64,000 nt of DNA, taken from the NCBI GenBank assembly GCA_050084515.1, contig CM114271.1, positions 7,688,001 to 7,752,000 on the forward strand, read 5' to 3'. Source of the DNA: Blasia pusilla. Its lineage: Eukaryota. The notes under the pieces were generated by a model. That model was not told where the DNA came from. It made no database searches and worked only from the letters and a program-made list of their open reading frames with translations. The first letter of the stretch is position 1; each line of letters starts with the position of its first letter. Positions 51,164-64,000 of the stretch are shown here, piece by piece. A program made the translations under genes and the position numbers.

Positions 51164-53199
51164 TTAGGGCAACTCCGTATCGAATGTTGGCACTTCTAAC
51201 ATCCACTACCTGCAAATCTAGGAAGTCGCAGATCACCCTTGCGTCAATGCGAATGTTCCTCAACTCATTCCTTGAAGGCTCCCGATCAATCTCTCTAAAT
51301 ATATGCATTAGTCTCCATTACCTCGTTAATGTTCTAGCACTTGTTCATTTCTCGTGCTCACTATGGCTACGTTCATCGAATCCTAATGCCGCCACAACGA
51401 AACTTCATCAATGCATACACCTCCAATTTTAAAAGGGCCTCGGATTCCACACATAGTAAGTCCCTAAAACATGTTGGACAACTTGGTCACCCATTAATTG
51501 ACACTTTCGATATTCATCTCATCCTTGTAAACAAGCAACTCATTCCTATCGTCTACCAATAGATGCCATGGGGACGAGACCAAAATTGAATTCTATACCT
51601 TTATGATCTCCCCAACGACATTATCCTACTACTGCCATATTAAATCACAGTAATTCCTCCATAAGTTGTTGAGCAACATAAATTGAAATAGTAAGTCTGT
51701 TAATGAACAAACTAGTATGGGATGCAATGCATGTGCCGTCGAGCAAGTAGGTGTTTGACACAACACAAGGTCAAGCGCAATGTAAGCAGGCTATCTAAAA
51801 GACACTTCTAAGGCAACAATTGCAATCAGCTGTCGCATAGAGATGTGAAGGGTGAGTACATTATATCTAAAATTAGTGGATGAGGCATATATGTTTAAAG
51901 GTAAGATGACGTAAATGTCTTGAACTAAACACATTGCAATTTTCGCAATGTTCTTATGGTATGGCACAATTGTTTAATTTATTATGAATGGCTTAATGTA
52001 TCAACAACAGATGAAATGCCGAACAACTTGAATCAATCAATGCGTAGAACGAAATGCCTATGATCTCGATCAAACCCAAGCAAACCCATCAGGTTTCAAT
52101 TTCTACAAGTCTTTCAACAACCGGGCAGAAAAGTGTATCACTCTTTCCGCACCTCATGTAGCCACTTCCAAACATAGGCCCTTTGAGTTTGGTCATCAAA
52201 AAACGTTTCAAGGTCGCAACCGATACTTTTTCAACAACATATTGGGGGCCACATACTAATTTGAGATAGATAACTTCCTATTTCAAGAAAGTGAATATTG
52301 ACCCACTATTGCAAGTTGAGGGTCATGGAGATCACAAGCATATGGGGGGGAGAGAGAGAATATCCTCGTTAAGTAGTGCATGTCGTAGCTTTGCGATCAT
52401 AGACACCGCACCCTAATTGGACAGTGCTTGAGATTGGAATGGATGTAGAGAAGGGAGGAAGTAAAGAGGTACCATGTGAGGAGGGAGGTACTCTCATATA
52501 GTGTGAGTGTTAACCATACAATGTGTTGATGCGGAGTTTCCAAATGTCAACCAAGAAACTCTTCACCACACCATCTAATTAACTTGATTGGGAACCCAAA
52601 GAAACAAGAGTAACTTGTGCAATAGCTTTCCACAATGAATCTAGGCCATGGAATGTGTAGAACAAATCTAGTGTTACCAGCTTACCTAAATCAACGTATG
52701 CTCTTGCATTGTGTTTTATGAATTTTGTGCATGAGACCAAGCGGTGACTAGAGGTTTCATCCCTATCATTAGACGAAGTGATGTTTAGTTGTGTTCCCAT
52801 CCTGATTTGCCCCCATCCTAAACTTGTAATTAAGCCCCGTTCCCAAGCAAAGGGTTCCCTGCAAATAGTTTTTCAGTTCTGCCTGTTCAGGATATACCGT
52901 CAAGAGAGAGAGGTCAGACATTTTCATGGCTTCCTCCGTTCTGTTCTGCTGTAGACAATTCCACAAATGGTTTCTCATCTTGCCCCCACAGTTCAGGCCC
53001 TGCATGGAGCTTGGGTGCTTGCATAATCTCTTCAACCTTTTTCGTCCAAGATTTGGCCTGGTTTACAGGTCTTCTTTGGGTCCAAGTTTTCCCTATCACC
53101 TCTTGCGGATAGTGAGGGGAGTCCATTGTCTCCACTTGCCATCACCATTTAACCTTGGTGATGTCATCTCTATCCTCCAGGGGTTCTACTCCAAGTTCT

Positions 53200-54483
53200 A
53201 ATCTAACATCAACTCTGGACTTTAGTGAAAAAGCTGACATCATACCCCGGAATGCCTTCAGCTTCGCAGTTCCAAGCTTGTCCCTTTGTTTGGTATTGGT
53301 ATTCCCACATTTCTGTGCCATGTTCCAGTGAGGGACGAATGGTATGCAGAATGACAGAGCGTTTAACTTTTGATGTGATGTCTCGACAGTGTAGGAATCT
53401 CAACAGTCCATTCACCTTCTTGTGGCCTTTCTCAGAAGTTTACATAATGTGGGAATCCCACATGACGTCTTCTGAGAATTCAATGCCCAGATAGGCGTAT
53501 GTGGGGACGGAGGATCTCTTGTTCAACCCAGTACTAGTGTTGGTGTTGGTCCTCTTCCTTGCCATGGAAGATCAACACATTCCACTTGAGTACATTTGCA
53601 TCCAGGTCCCCCATATCACACCAAATTTTGGTGAAGGAGATCATCACTTGGACTTTCTCTCCCATTTCCTCTAGTCCATCAAAGTCATCAACAAACATTA
53701 GGGCAAAAATAGAGCTGTTGCCCACCCGGATGCCAAGTCCACTGTCATAAAAATGTTGAAGAGGACGGCGGAGAGCGGGCATCCTTGCATCACTCCCTGC
53801 TTGATGTCAAATGTCCCATTACTGGCCATATACTACAACTCTACTCGTGTTCTGGTACATCTTCTCTACCACCCTCCACATCTTTCCTCTGAGCCCCGCC
53901 TTCCACAAGCTATAAGATAGTCCGTCACGCCATATAGTGTCATATGCCTTCTTGAGGTCCAAGAAGAAGCAGTATGTGAGTTTCCCCTCTTTTTTCCTAC
54001 CCAGGATAATCTGAAGGAAGGTGAAGATATGATCCACCCACCCTTGGGCCTGCCGGAGACCAGCTTGGCCTTTCTTGGTGACAGTATTCTCCTCCGGAAA
54101 AAGAGCTTCCTAACTACACTCAGCAATGTAATACCCCAATAGTTTCCAGGTAACTTGAAGAAAGTAATACCCCCGTATTTTTTTTCCCACTTATCTTGGG
54201 AGAAAAAAATTATCTTTACGTTCACCCTTCTTGAAGAGGTTCACAATGACTATCACCCGCCACCTTTGTGGAATGACTTCTGCCCGCCAGACCAGGTTGA
54301 AGAGACTCACTAGAGAATTAGCCAGAGCAGCATTGCCATACTTCAAAAGCTCATTCACAAGCTAATCACAACCACCTGCTTTGTGGTCCACACGTTCTTT
54401 GATCGCCACTCCCACCTCAACCAGGGAGAACCAATCGTTGTCTGGGTTGCCCCGCTCAACCTCATCATCAACCTTTGTAAGAA
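53200..54483 (-). mobile_element. Degenerate non-LTR (LINE) reverse transcriptase
   Basis: YWGITLLSVVRKLF, DHIFT, CFFLDLKKAYDTIWRDGL, GVMQGCPLS, LMFVDDF across several frames. Confidence 0.85.
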
Positions 54484-55477
54484 TGTTAGTGTGAAACTAG
54501 ACATTGCGTAATGACTAGTATAAAGATAAAGCATTCATACAAGTCAATGGAAGGTGATCCCTGAATCCGTGACTGTTCCATTAGACTTGTGTGGATGCTC
54601 CACTCCTGGTTTAGTATTGAGCTCACACGGACTGAGTTTTGTGACCCCGTTTCATCTGGTGTCCTCGGCCAGGAGGTGGGTTCGCATGGGTGAAGATTTG
54701 TAGTCTTCTGGCTGACCATTTGGAAGAGGGTGATGTCTACGAACTTGATATGGCTCCTGGACAAGAGTAGCGTGATGCAAGAATATTTCATGAGAGTGTA
54801 AGAAAATGATTGACCACCAGAAGTATCTCCTTGTACAAAGTCAGAGCTAACATCAGCTAGACCATCCATGATTTCAGCTTATGCACAATCAACAAATCAG
54901 TTCCTATCTCTATTGCCAAATCAGAGCCCTACCATGATGTGACTCTTCTTACTATCTAAGAGATACTAAGAAGGATTCTACAGTCACACCTTGCACTCAC
55001 ACTACAGTCCTCACATGTCACCACTCGAGAGATCGACATGGCTCACCATTGAGCACAAACAATCTCCATCAAAGATACTAGACAAAACAACATGCCTTCC
55101 AGTGAGGCTCTAGCAAGCACAAACAATTAGTCTCAATCTCCTCTTCCCATTCTCGATCACTCTGCAGCGGGACCAAGAGCCTCAGAGTCCTCACCAAAAG
55201 CATGTGCATCTTTGAGAATTGGCTTCTGCTCTCTAAACAGAGACATTATATACATGAGGGTGAGACTTTTGGCCCTTGGATCTTCTTGAACAGATCCATA
55301 CCCTAAATAACAAATGGTGGTTGCCCTAACTCGAGAATAGCCCTAATTCAAGGTTACCCTAAAAAGATAGAGGAACACTAAGTTATCTCTAGCTAACTAA
55401 ATTAGTATCCAACTAAGTTAGTATTTGACTAACTACTTTTAGGGCATGACTAAACTAGATATTAACAAATTTCAACA
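54484..55477 (-). repeat. Copia-associated LTR-like repeat, copy 1
   Basis: tgtt...aaca ends; 54820-55477 is near-identical to 59321-59977 and an inverted homolog of 56896-57590. No TSD seen. Confidence 0.7.
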
Positions 55478-56895
55478 TGCATCACAAGAGTTCTTGTAGA
55501 TTTGTATGATAATGTGTTAATTGTCAACCTGCTCACGAATTTCCAACATGGTATCAAAACACGTTGGTATCAGGAGCAACTGTGACACGAGGTCCAATTA
55601 TGATGGGCTAATGATCGCCCTCAATGCATCCGAAGTCCTCTGAATGAGCAGAGACAAGGATTGGGGTCAAGAAATTGCAGCGCAATACGAGCCTGACTTC
55701 ACGAAACCCAACAGGAAGTTCTGCTTCCATCCCAATAAACAAGAACTACGAACTCGCATATTCAGGTTATCTTTGAATACGAAATTCCTCTTGGAAATTC
55801 ACGCAAGCTCTGCACTAAAGTCTGATTATGAATTTCTTCCCGCAAGGTGCAGCCCTGCCCAGTCCAGAGTGCAACGCTGTCAATAGGAAATTGTGGCATT
55901 GGGAGAGACAATTTGGTGACAAATTCCAGCAATTGGGTTTCTTTGCGAAGCCCGGCCTTCTATCCAGGCAGCATTGTTGAGAAATTGGACCTTTAATTGG
56001 AGGCGTCTTTGTGTTGACGAGAGTCATCTAAACAGGAGAAGATTTAATCTTCTGGGTCAGTGTGCCTGGATATGTTGATGTCAGGAAGGACAACACCAAA
56101 TGTAAGTATTCACTATCATCGCATAGTGAAGATGGAGGATAAAGAACACAATCATACACAAAGAGCACAGAGGAGATGAGGTAATGTTCCTCTGATTTCA
56201 ATATTGCTAGGAGACTGTTTTCCTTACAGGCAAAACTAAGCGTAAGTCCTAACCACAAGAGGCTAAGCTGTGGATCATAACGATTCACCAACAGTCGTAA
56301 CTCTTCAATGAGAGCTACGTCTCTTAGTCACTAATCAGACACTTCTTTCACACCACAGGATTAAATGACATATCCATGTCACAACAATTCTGCCCCTTGA
56401 TTGGCCAACGACTACCAGATATGGATCCATCTACAGAAGAGTGAATTGCTTCCGTAATGGATCCTAGAGAAACCTCTTGATCTCTTCTTACTGGATACTT
56501 GGGGAACGATCTGCCCCTCTATGAACTCACTCTCTGAATGGTTCAGACTGCTATAGATAATAATGAAGTAGTCATTACAAAAGTCATGTTCACACCTGAA
56601 CTTCTATCACCAAATTCGATTTCACCCACATTGCGCAGTGGAAACATTGGGTGAAATTGGATCTAACGGCCCATCAGAACCGGGCAATTGTAGAAGGAAC
56701 TCTCCCACAACCTCTTACGTCTCCATCCATCCCTAGTGGCACGAGACGGCTAATTTGGCGTGGGATGTCAAGAATGTTCAAGCTTAGTGCTTAATCTGCA
56801 ATAGTCTTGAAGTGGAATTGGTGACCCATATCTCAGGCTTCAACAAGGCAAGCGAAGCTTGGTTGCGCCTGTAAACTATGTTCCAGGCATGAGAC

Positions 56896-58770
56896 TCTTG
56901 AAATTTGTTAATATCTAGTTCAATCATTCCCTAAAAGTAGTTAGTCAAATACTAACTTAGTTAGCTAGACATAATTTAGTGTTCCTCTATCATTTTAGGA
57001 TAACCTCGAATTAGGGCAATTCTCGAGTTAGAGCTAGCCACCATCTGATATTTAGGGTATGGATCTGTTCAAGAAGATCTAAGGGCCAGAAATGCTCACC
57101 CTCATGTATATATTGTCTCTGCTTAGAGTCAGAATTCAATTCTACAATATGCACAAGTTTTGGTTTGGACTCCTAAGGCTCTCAGTGTGTCAAGCAACAT
57201 TGGCCCTGCTGCAGAGTGATCTGAGAGAAGGAAGAGGAGATTGAGACTAACTTCTGTGCTTGCTAGAGCCTCACTGGAAGGCAGGTAGTTTTGTCTAGTA
57301 TGTTGATGGAGATTGTTTGTGCTCAATGATGCGAGCCATGTATGATCTCTGAGCTGGTGACATATGAGGATCTATGTTGTGAGTGCAAGGTGTGACTGTG
57401 TAGAATCCTTCTTAATATCTGTTAGATAATAAGAAGAGTCACATCATGGTAGGGCTTTGATTTGGCAATAGAGATAGAAACAGATTTGTTGATTGTATCC
57501 AAGCTAAAATCATGTATGGTTTAGCTAATGCTAGTTCTGACTTTGTACAAGGAGATACTTCTGCTGGTCAATCATTTTCACAGAGATCATGTGTGTCTTG
57601 TCTGCACTTTAAGGACCAGATGTCACCTTAAGATGAGGGAAGGTGATAGTGTAAAATGCACGTACAGGTCCTTAAGAGCATTATCGACCAACTTGCTGCA
57701 GGAGGCTACGTTGTGGATGATGAGGATGTTGTGCTTGCATTGATGAAAAGCATGTCAGAGAGCTATAGACCGTTCATGTCCTCTCTGCGTAGCCATGCAA
57801 ACCTGACCCTCCAGGTTCTCATCAAGTTTTTACTTCAACAAGAGATTTTGCAGATTGCTGTCACGGGGGTTGATTCTTCATCAACAGCCCTTACCGCGAC
57901 GATTTCAACATCTGGTCCAACCCTAGACCAGGCACAAGAAGAAGTCGCTCTTCTCTTGGATAAGAGACTTGGCAAGTCTCATACAAGTCCTCATAAGGGA
58001 GGATCTCTTCAAGGAAGTGACAGGAAGCAGAAGTCTTCCAAGAACCCCAAGCGAAGGCTTACATGTTTCTATTGTAGCAAGGTGGGCCAAGATGGGGCAA
58101 ATACTTGCAACTCAAATTATGTTGAGCACAGAGCTCTTGTCATACTTCTCTCGTGCTGTGGAAAATCATACAATACTTGGTATGTGGACACAGGAGCTAC
58201 AACTCACATGGCTTTTGATAAGACCACGTTCACAAACTACGAGGAAGTCTCAAATGAACAAATTGTTCATGATTCTCCTTAATGGAAGAAGAATCATGAT
58301 CGAAGATGTTCTACATGTACCAGGTCTGATGAAGAACCTTTTCTGTGTGTCGAGACCCGACCTGTTTGGATGTGTGTCCAGACCCGACCTGTTCCAAGCA
58401 AGTCTGGTTATTTGGTAATATAACCTTCATTGATGATTGATCAAAATATACTGTTGTTTATCTCCTAAGACACAAGTCGGAAGCTTTTGAAAGATTTAAA
58501 CAGTATAAAGGAATGGCAAAAGCACTTCACTCCAAGAGAATTCCGATTCTCAGGACTGATAATGGGGGAGAGTATAAATCCGGGGAGTTCACTGCCTACT
58601 GCATGCACCACAGTCTTCTGAGACAGTACACAATCCATGATACTCCACAATAGAATGGGATGGCAAAGCATAAGAACGGAACGTTGAGGGAGACTGTTCT
58701 GTCCATGTTGCATCACTCAGGATTTACCAAATACTACTGGGGAGAAGCTCTGTTAACTGCTAATTACTTA
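56896..58770 (+). mobile_element. Degenerate Ty1/Copia element: LTR-like repeat, gag, protease, integrase fragments
   Basis: Gag DEDVVLALMKSMSESY, knuckle CFYCSKVG, protease WYVDTGATTHM, DVLHVPGLMKNL, integrase RTDNGGEY and YWGEALLTANYL. Integrase follows protease directly (Copia order). Confidence 0.87.
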
Positions 58771-59320
58771 TGTTATAAAACATAGTAACTTGGAATTTAC
58801 TATAGTGAAAAGTAACTGATAGAATTACTATAGTAACTTAGTGTTTTACCACAATAAATAGTAATTTCTTGTTACCATAGAGTTACCTCAGTAATTCTGA
58901 GAATTACTATGGGCGACAGGCCCTAACCCTAAAACCTAGAAACTCATCCTCTTGGCTGTATATAACCCTCTGAGGGTGCCTTGCGAATTTACATTCTCTT
59001 ACACCTTTCTGGACACAACTCTCGAGGTGAGGAGGCGATTGAGAAGCACCGAGTATGCTTTGCTTACCGAGTGGATTGTGCTTCGACCTTAGTAGTTCAA
59101 AGTGTGCTAAGCATCGAGTGTGATCGCTTCTGATCGAGAGGTCTGGCGACTTGAGGAGTTGAGAAGTCTTGTGATACAAGGTGTATAGTAGTACTAACTT
59201 GAGTGGTTGCTATTGAGATGTCTCTGCTGCTAACTGTGAGTGGTTGCTATTGCACTAAGTGTGCTTGAGAATGCAAGGTGATCTGGTGATCTTTCGCTAA
59301 TCGAGAATATGATTGATTGT

Positions 59321-59977
59321 GAAGTATCTCCTTGTACAAAGTCGAGCTAACATCGCTAGACCATCCATGATTTCAGCTTGTACACAATCAACAAATCAAT
59401 TCCTATCTCTATTGCCAAATCAGAGCCCTACCATGATGTGACTCTTCTTACTATCTAAGAGATACTAAGAAGGATTCTACTCACCACACCTTGCACTCAC
59501 ACTACAGGTCCTCACATGTCACCACTCGAGAGATCGACATGGCTCACCATTGTGCACAAACAATCTCCATCAAAGACACTAGACAAAACAACATGCCTTC
59601 CAGTGAGGCTCTAGCAAGCACAGCAATTAGTCTCAATCTCCTCTTCCCATTCTCTGATCACTCTGCAGCAGGACCAAGAGCCTCAGGAGTCCTCACCAAA
59701 ACTGTGCATGCTGTAGAATTGGCTTCTGCTCTCTAAACAGAGACATTATATACATGAGGGTGAGACTTTTGGCCCTTGGATCTTCTTGAACAGATCCATA
59801 CCCTAAATAACAAATGGTGGTTGCCCTAACTCGAGAATAGCCCTAATTCAAGGTTACCCTAAAAAGATAGAGGAACACTAAGTTATCTCTAGCTAACTAA
59901 ATTAGTATCCAATTAAGTTAGTATTTGACTAACTAATTTTAGAGCATGACTAAACTAGATATTAACAAATTTCAACA
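59321..59977 (-). repeat. Copia-associated LTR-like repeat, copy 3
   Basis: Near-identical to 54820-55477. It is flanked on both sides by copies of gtggttgctattgcactaagtgtgcttg, so it probably sits inside another repeat. Confidence 0.8.
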
Positions 59978-60099
59978 CTAACCTAAGTGGTTGCTATTGC
60001 ACTAAGTGTGCTTGTAATAGCTAGGTTGTAGAGAAACTCTGATTCTAAAATGGAGAATCTCCATTCAAGATACCTTCCACTGTGTTTTATGGAACTCGC

Positions 60100-63000
60100 T
60101 ATAACAAAAGCTGTAAGCCTTGGGCAGCCCTATTAAGCTGTTCTTTTCTGCTATGGCATCGTGAACTTGTGGGATTGTGTGTCTAGAGCAGTTCCACAAG
60201 CCTTTTAAGCGTTGTTCGTGTTTCTATTACTAGAACATGGTGACACCTGTTCTGACATATCTTCCTGTTGAAGAGAAGGATTGCGCCACCAGCATTGGGA
60301 GTGTTTGGTTGTGATGATTAGGGGAATGGGAATGTTACAATCAGGATTTCTGCAAATCAGATCTTTCAAATGAAAGCAGATAGTGGAGTTAGATGTCAAC
60401 TCCACAAGAGTGGATTCTCAAGAAGCGGTGTTGGAGTTAGACTTCCAAAGCGCAAATCCGGGATAGATTGCAGGTTTGGTTTCAATCAGAATCTACCCTA
60501 CAAAGATCCAGCAAAGGCCTGCAAGATTGCTCCCTCAAGGAATCAAGGATAGACCAGTGCTTGTGAGCAGAGACAGTGAGGGAGGATTTAAAGATGCTCA
60601 TATTGGTGAGTTACCAAAGTCAGGTGCTGGAGTCCACCAGCAATATGTCCACATGGTACAATATACCTTTTCAGTTTGGATTCTACGACTAGCTACCTTA
60701 GCACTACCATGAATTCCAGAAATGCTTTTGGTTTCATTCCAATGACTCCTTAGACTGTGCCTTTTGTAGGGTTAAGAGGATCAGATACTGGTTCTGCCTC
60801 ATCCCTTTGACAGCTGGTGATGTCACCTCCCCTGCAAAGTTCTGCAAAAATCAATAGAGATCAACAAGTATGAATAGTTGTAGCCCTCTGGCTGAGAACT
60901 GCCTGAAAATCAGGACAAACACAAATTTCAAGATTCTACAAGCACAGGTCAAAAACTACCTTTGGAAATCTCTGACGGGATGCAAACTCAGCATACACTC
61001 TAATCCTTCACTAGACTTGGCATCCCTGCAGCTCAACTCTATGACTTTAGGCAATTGCAGCATAGAGAATTTTTGGTAATTGAGTGGTAAAGTCCTTCCC
61101 TGAGTGTTAGTAAGGCACATGAAGCTGAGTTCAGGGTATAGAATACCTTTCTGGCAATGATGGTTCCCAGAGCACCTTAGGGCATGGCAACCATATTTCT
61201 GGCGTCCTCCTAATCAAAAGCTTGTATAATGTATGGGAATTTATTGCTTGAGGCACCTAAAAATAATTTGAAACATGGACTTCACCAGAAGTTCCCAAAA
61301 GGAATGCAGTCATATTGGGGTGATCAGAATCCCTTCACATCTAATTACCTTCAGACCGGATGTCCTGATGCAGTTACCACATCCATGGAATTGCTGCCAA
61401 GGGTACCAGACAAGATCTTCTCTACATGGAGCTGTAGATGATGTCTCATGTGCAACTGGAGGGTTCTCAGACCAGAAGTTACTGCTAGGAGAGAAAATAT
61501 TCCAGCCAGAGGGAAGTCTAAAGAGGCAGTAAGAATCAGCGCCGTAAAGTCTTCTTTCTTGTCTACTTTCAGAGTGGTTGTTTGTACGACATCTAAGAAA
61601 AAATTCTTCCAAAAAGAATACCAGAAAAGAGAGCTGAATAGACTGTCAGGGGAGTTCTTCTAAAGCAAGATCACATCACCTCCATTCTAAAACTACAAGA
61701 AGGGTTGAGAAAGATGCAACATCGATACACTAAATTTGGGAGATCACCTGCTCAAGTTTAAGTCGTGCCAGATCATAACCTTCTTCCAACGCCATTTGAA
61801 GTATCTGTAGAAAAAGGTCAAGAAGGTAAGTTCTTTTAATGAAGGTGTTCTAGACTTGAGCCATGTCTCTCACTAAGGTCATGGAAAGTTTGAAATAATC
61901 CACAGGAAGTACACTCCACGGCCTTGAGTTCATAGACTAGAATAAAGGACAGATAACTGATGTGAAAGCACACAGAAAAACTCTTCCAAATTTACACGCA
62001 TATCATGACAATCAGTTCCCCTGCATTAGAGTGGAGCACCTCAAATTCCTAGGAATGAATATCTTGACCTCTAGGTAAGGATCTTGAAAACCATCTTCCC
62101 AATAATTCCTTCTCCAGAGGAACTAAAACCTTTCCAACAGCATACCTCCTTCACAAAAGCATCTGTGTTATCCATTTGCTCATTGTGATTCTCCTCTTTG
62201 GTGGATTCTTCTATCTGAGGAGGCTTTTGTCGCTCTTCAAACTGCCCAAAAACATCACACACATTGAGAATGATTAGGATTCAAGGCAAGAGCTAAGGAA
62301 CCCAGAGTTTGTCTTGTCATGCACCATATGACAGGACAACATGTAGAGGAACTAGAATAAGACATTGCTGAGACTAATTTCTGGCAATTCTGAAAAATGA
62401 CAAAGGACATAACAGTACCATACCTGAGCAAGGGTTGAATAGACGAGTCTGACCCACAGTGATCGAACTCTACTCTCCTGCAGTTAGCAGCTACAGTTTT
62501 TAGTAGCCAATTCAGCATTGTTATGTCTTCCAGATATAGAATAGAATAGAAGCCTACTCAAGATCAGAAACTCATTCTAAGGAACTTCCCTCTTGGTGGA
62601 AATGAAACCTCCAGTTACCAGTGGGTCTCTTTATATGAATTTCTTTCACCCAGAGTCATAATGTAAGCCTAAATTGCTAAGAAGGTAGTGGCAGACCTTT
62701 CCGTCATGTACAGTAGCCTAAATTCACTGCCCAAGGCTGCAGCACTGGAGCCATTGCATGATGAAGTTTAGTGAACATGGGAGTGGAGATGTAAGGACCC
62801 TGCATTATGGATCTCCTAGTATTAATGAAAGTGTGGTAGTCTACTCCTCTCCCTAATTTTCCAAGACTGACTGTAATTTACTTCTAGTCGTTACCCAAAC
62901 TGCTAGAGATATAGGTGTAGAGCAATTCAGCTGAAAGATTCTTGTAAGTGCCTAAAGGCAAATCTTTGATATATACGCCCCTCTTGCAAAGCCATTCTCT

Positions 63001-63100
63001 GCATCCGTTGCCCCGATTTTTGGCCTGACAACCAGCATGCTTCAAACACTATTGCAGAAAGGCAATTTCCAACAGTCGCATAAACCATTGAAGTGGAACA
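60100..63100 (-). mobile_element. Possible highly degenerate L1-like LINE remnant
   Basis: Coding-like composition with many short minus-strand ORFs and only faint RT/endonuclease-like motifs; no clean motif is readable. Confidence 0.3.
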
Positions 63101-64000
63101 TCCACGCTAACACCCTGGCCTACAACAATTTGATCAGAGTAATCAACTATGTGTGGGGAGTCATAGATCATCATTATTAGGGGGAGGAAATGATGATTAA
63201 GATGATTAGAAGGAAGGAGATGAGGATAAAGATGATTAGGAGGAGGAGGAGAGGATCAAGAGGTGCTGTTCAAATGGTCGGGAAAGGGACTTTTTGTTAG
63301 GCTTGTAGCCAGTTCTGGTCTTGTAGGTTCCTAAAATAACAGAAGTGGGAGGAGATGATCCAGGGTAGGACAAGGTCATTGAGAGTGACCGAGAGTTAAA
63401 AGAGATTGTCCTCATTTGAGTAGTCCCTTCCGTAGCCTTGCAACTATAGACTGCACGCCATAGTTGGACGGTGTTAGAGACTGGGATGGGTGCACAAGGA
63501 GGAAGAAGACAAGGAAGTACCATATGAGAGGGCGACTAGCACTCAATCCATGTGAGTGAAATCCTGGGTCTGGACTGGAGCATCCAAGCATACCTGACTG
63601 GATAATCCTCACAACTTCTGCAGACAGTCGTGTTTGCAGAAGTCAACTCCTCAAGGGTGATTTTCCCTTGGTCCTGGGTGAAAACTGCTCTTTTAATTTG
63701 GACGCTACTAGACCAGTTGCACATCGAAACTATCAATAACCATATTCATACCAGCCAGTAAACAAGGAATCCTACACAACGACTCCTATCATGTCCTAGA
63801 GCATGCATGATAGAGTTTAAGGTTTGATACGTCACGTGTCATACTCTTTGACAATTTAACCTTGAATTGTGGGTTCCGCTATCGTCGTTTAAGGAACTTG
63901 AACATTTATGTCACTCATCGAGGATATGCTACTGGCATGCTAATGTGATGTGAATACGAGAAACCAATTACTTGATCTGATAGGCCTAGCGGCGATTAAA

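Noticed and set aside
58920-58940. Telomere-like ccctaaccctaaaacccta-type motif
   Set aside because: Only 2-3 imperfect units; such telo-box motifs are common in plant LTRs and promoters.

Overview
Eukaryotic, repeat-rich plant DNA, probably from a non-seed land plant such as a bryophyte (inference). It holds one host gene: an ~18-19-exon SAPS-domain PP6/SIT4 phosphatase regulatory subunit on the minus strand (16516-5376). The rest is nested, decayed retroelements. The main signal is four copies (A 1-4151 +, B 18964-28012 -, C ~29450-39230 -, D ~39233-48018 +) of a Ty3/Gypsy-type retrotransposon with domain order gag(zinc knuckles)-protease-C5 DNA cytosine methyltransferase (DNMT3-like motifs I, IV, VI, VIII, IX, X)-RT-RNaseH-DDE integrase-PHD finger. 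Its terminal repeats are not a simple LTR pair. Copy B reads A1-[coding]-PPT-B1-(2 nt)-A2-B2 between 4-bp TSDs, and copy C shows the same B1-(2 nt)-A2 junction once a nested solo repeat is removed. That split-direct-repeat layout is normally associated with tyrosine-recombinase retroelements. Also present: an Athila-like fragment with a tRNA-Asp PBS, a solo LTR with a 5-bp TSD, a Copia remnant with three related LTR-like copies, and LINE remnants. All retroelement copies carry stops, frameshifts or deletions. Coordinates were read by eye and approximate boundaries are flagged.
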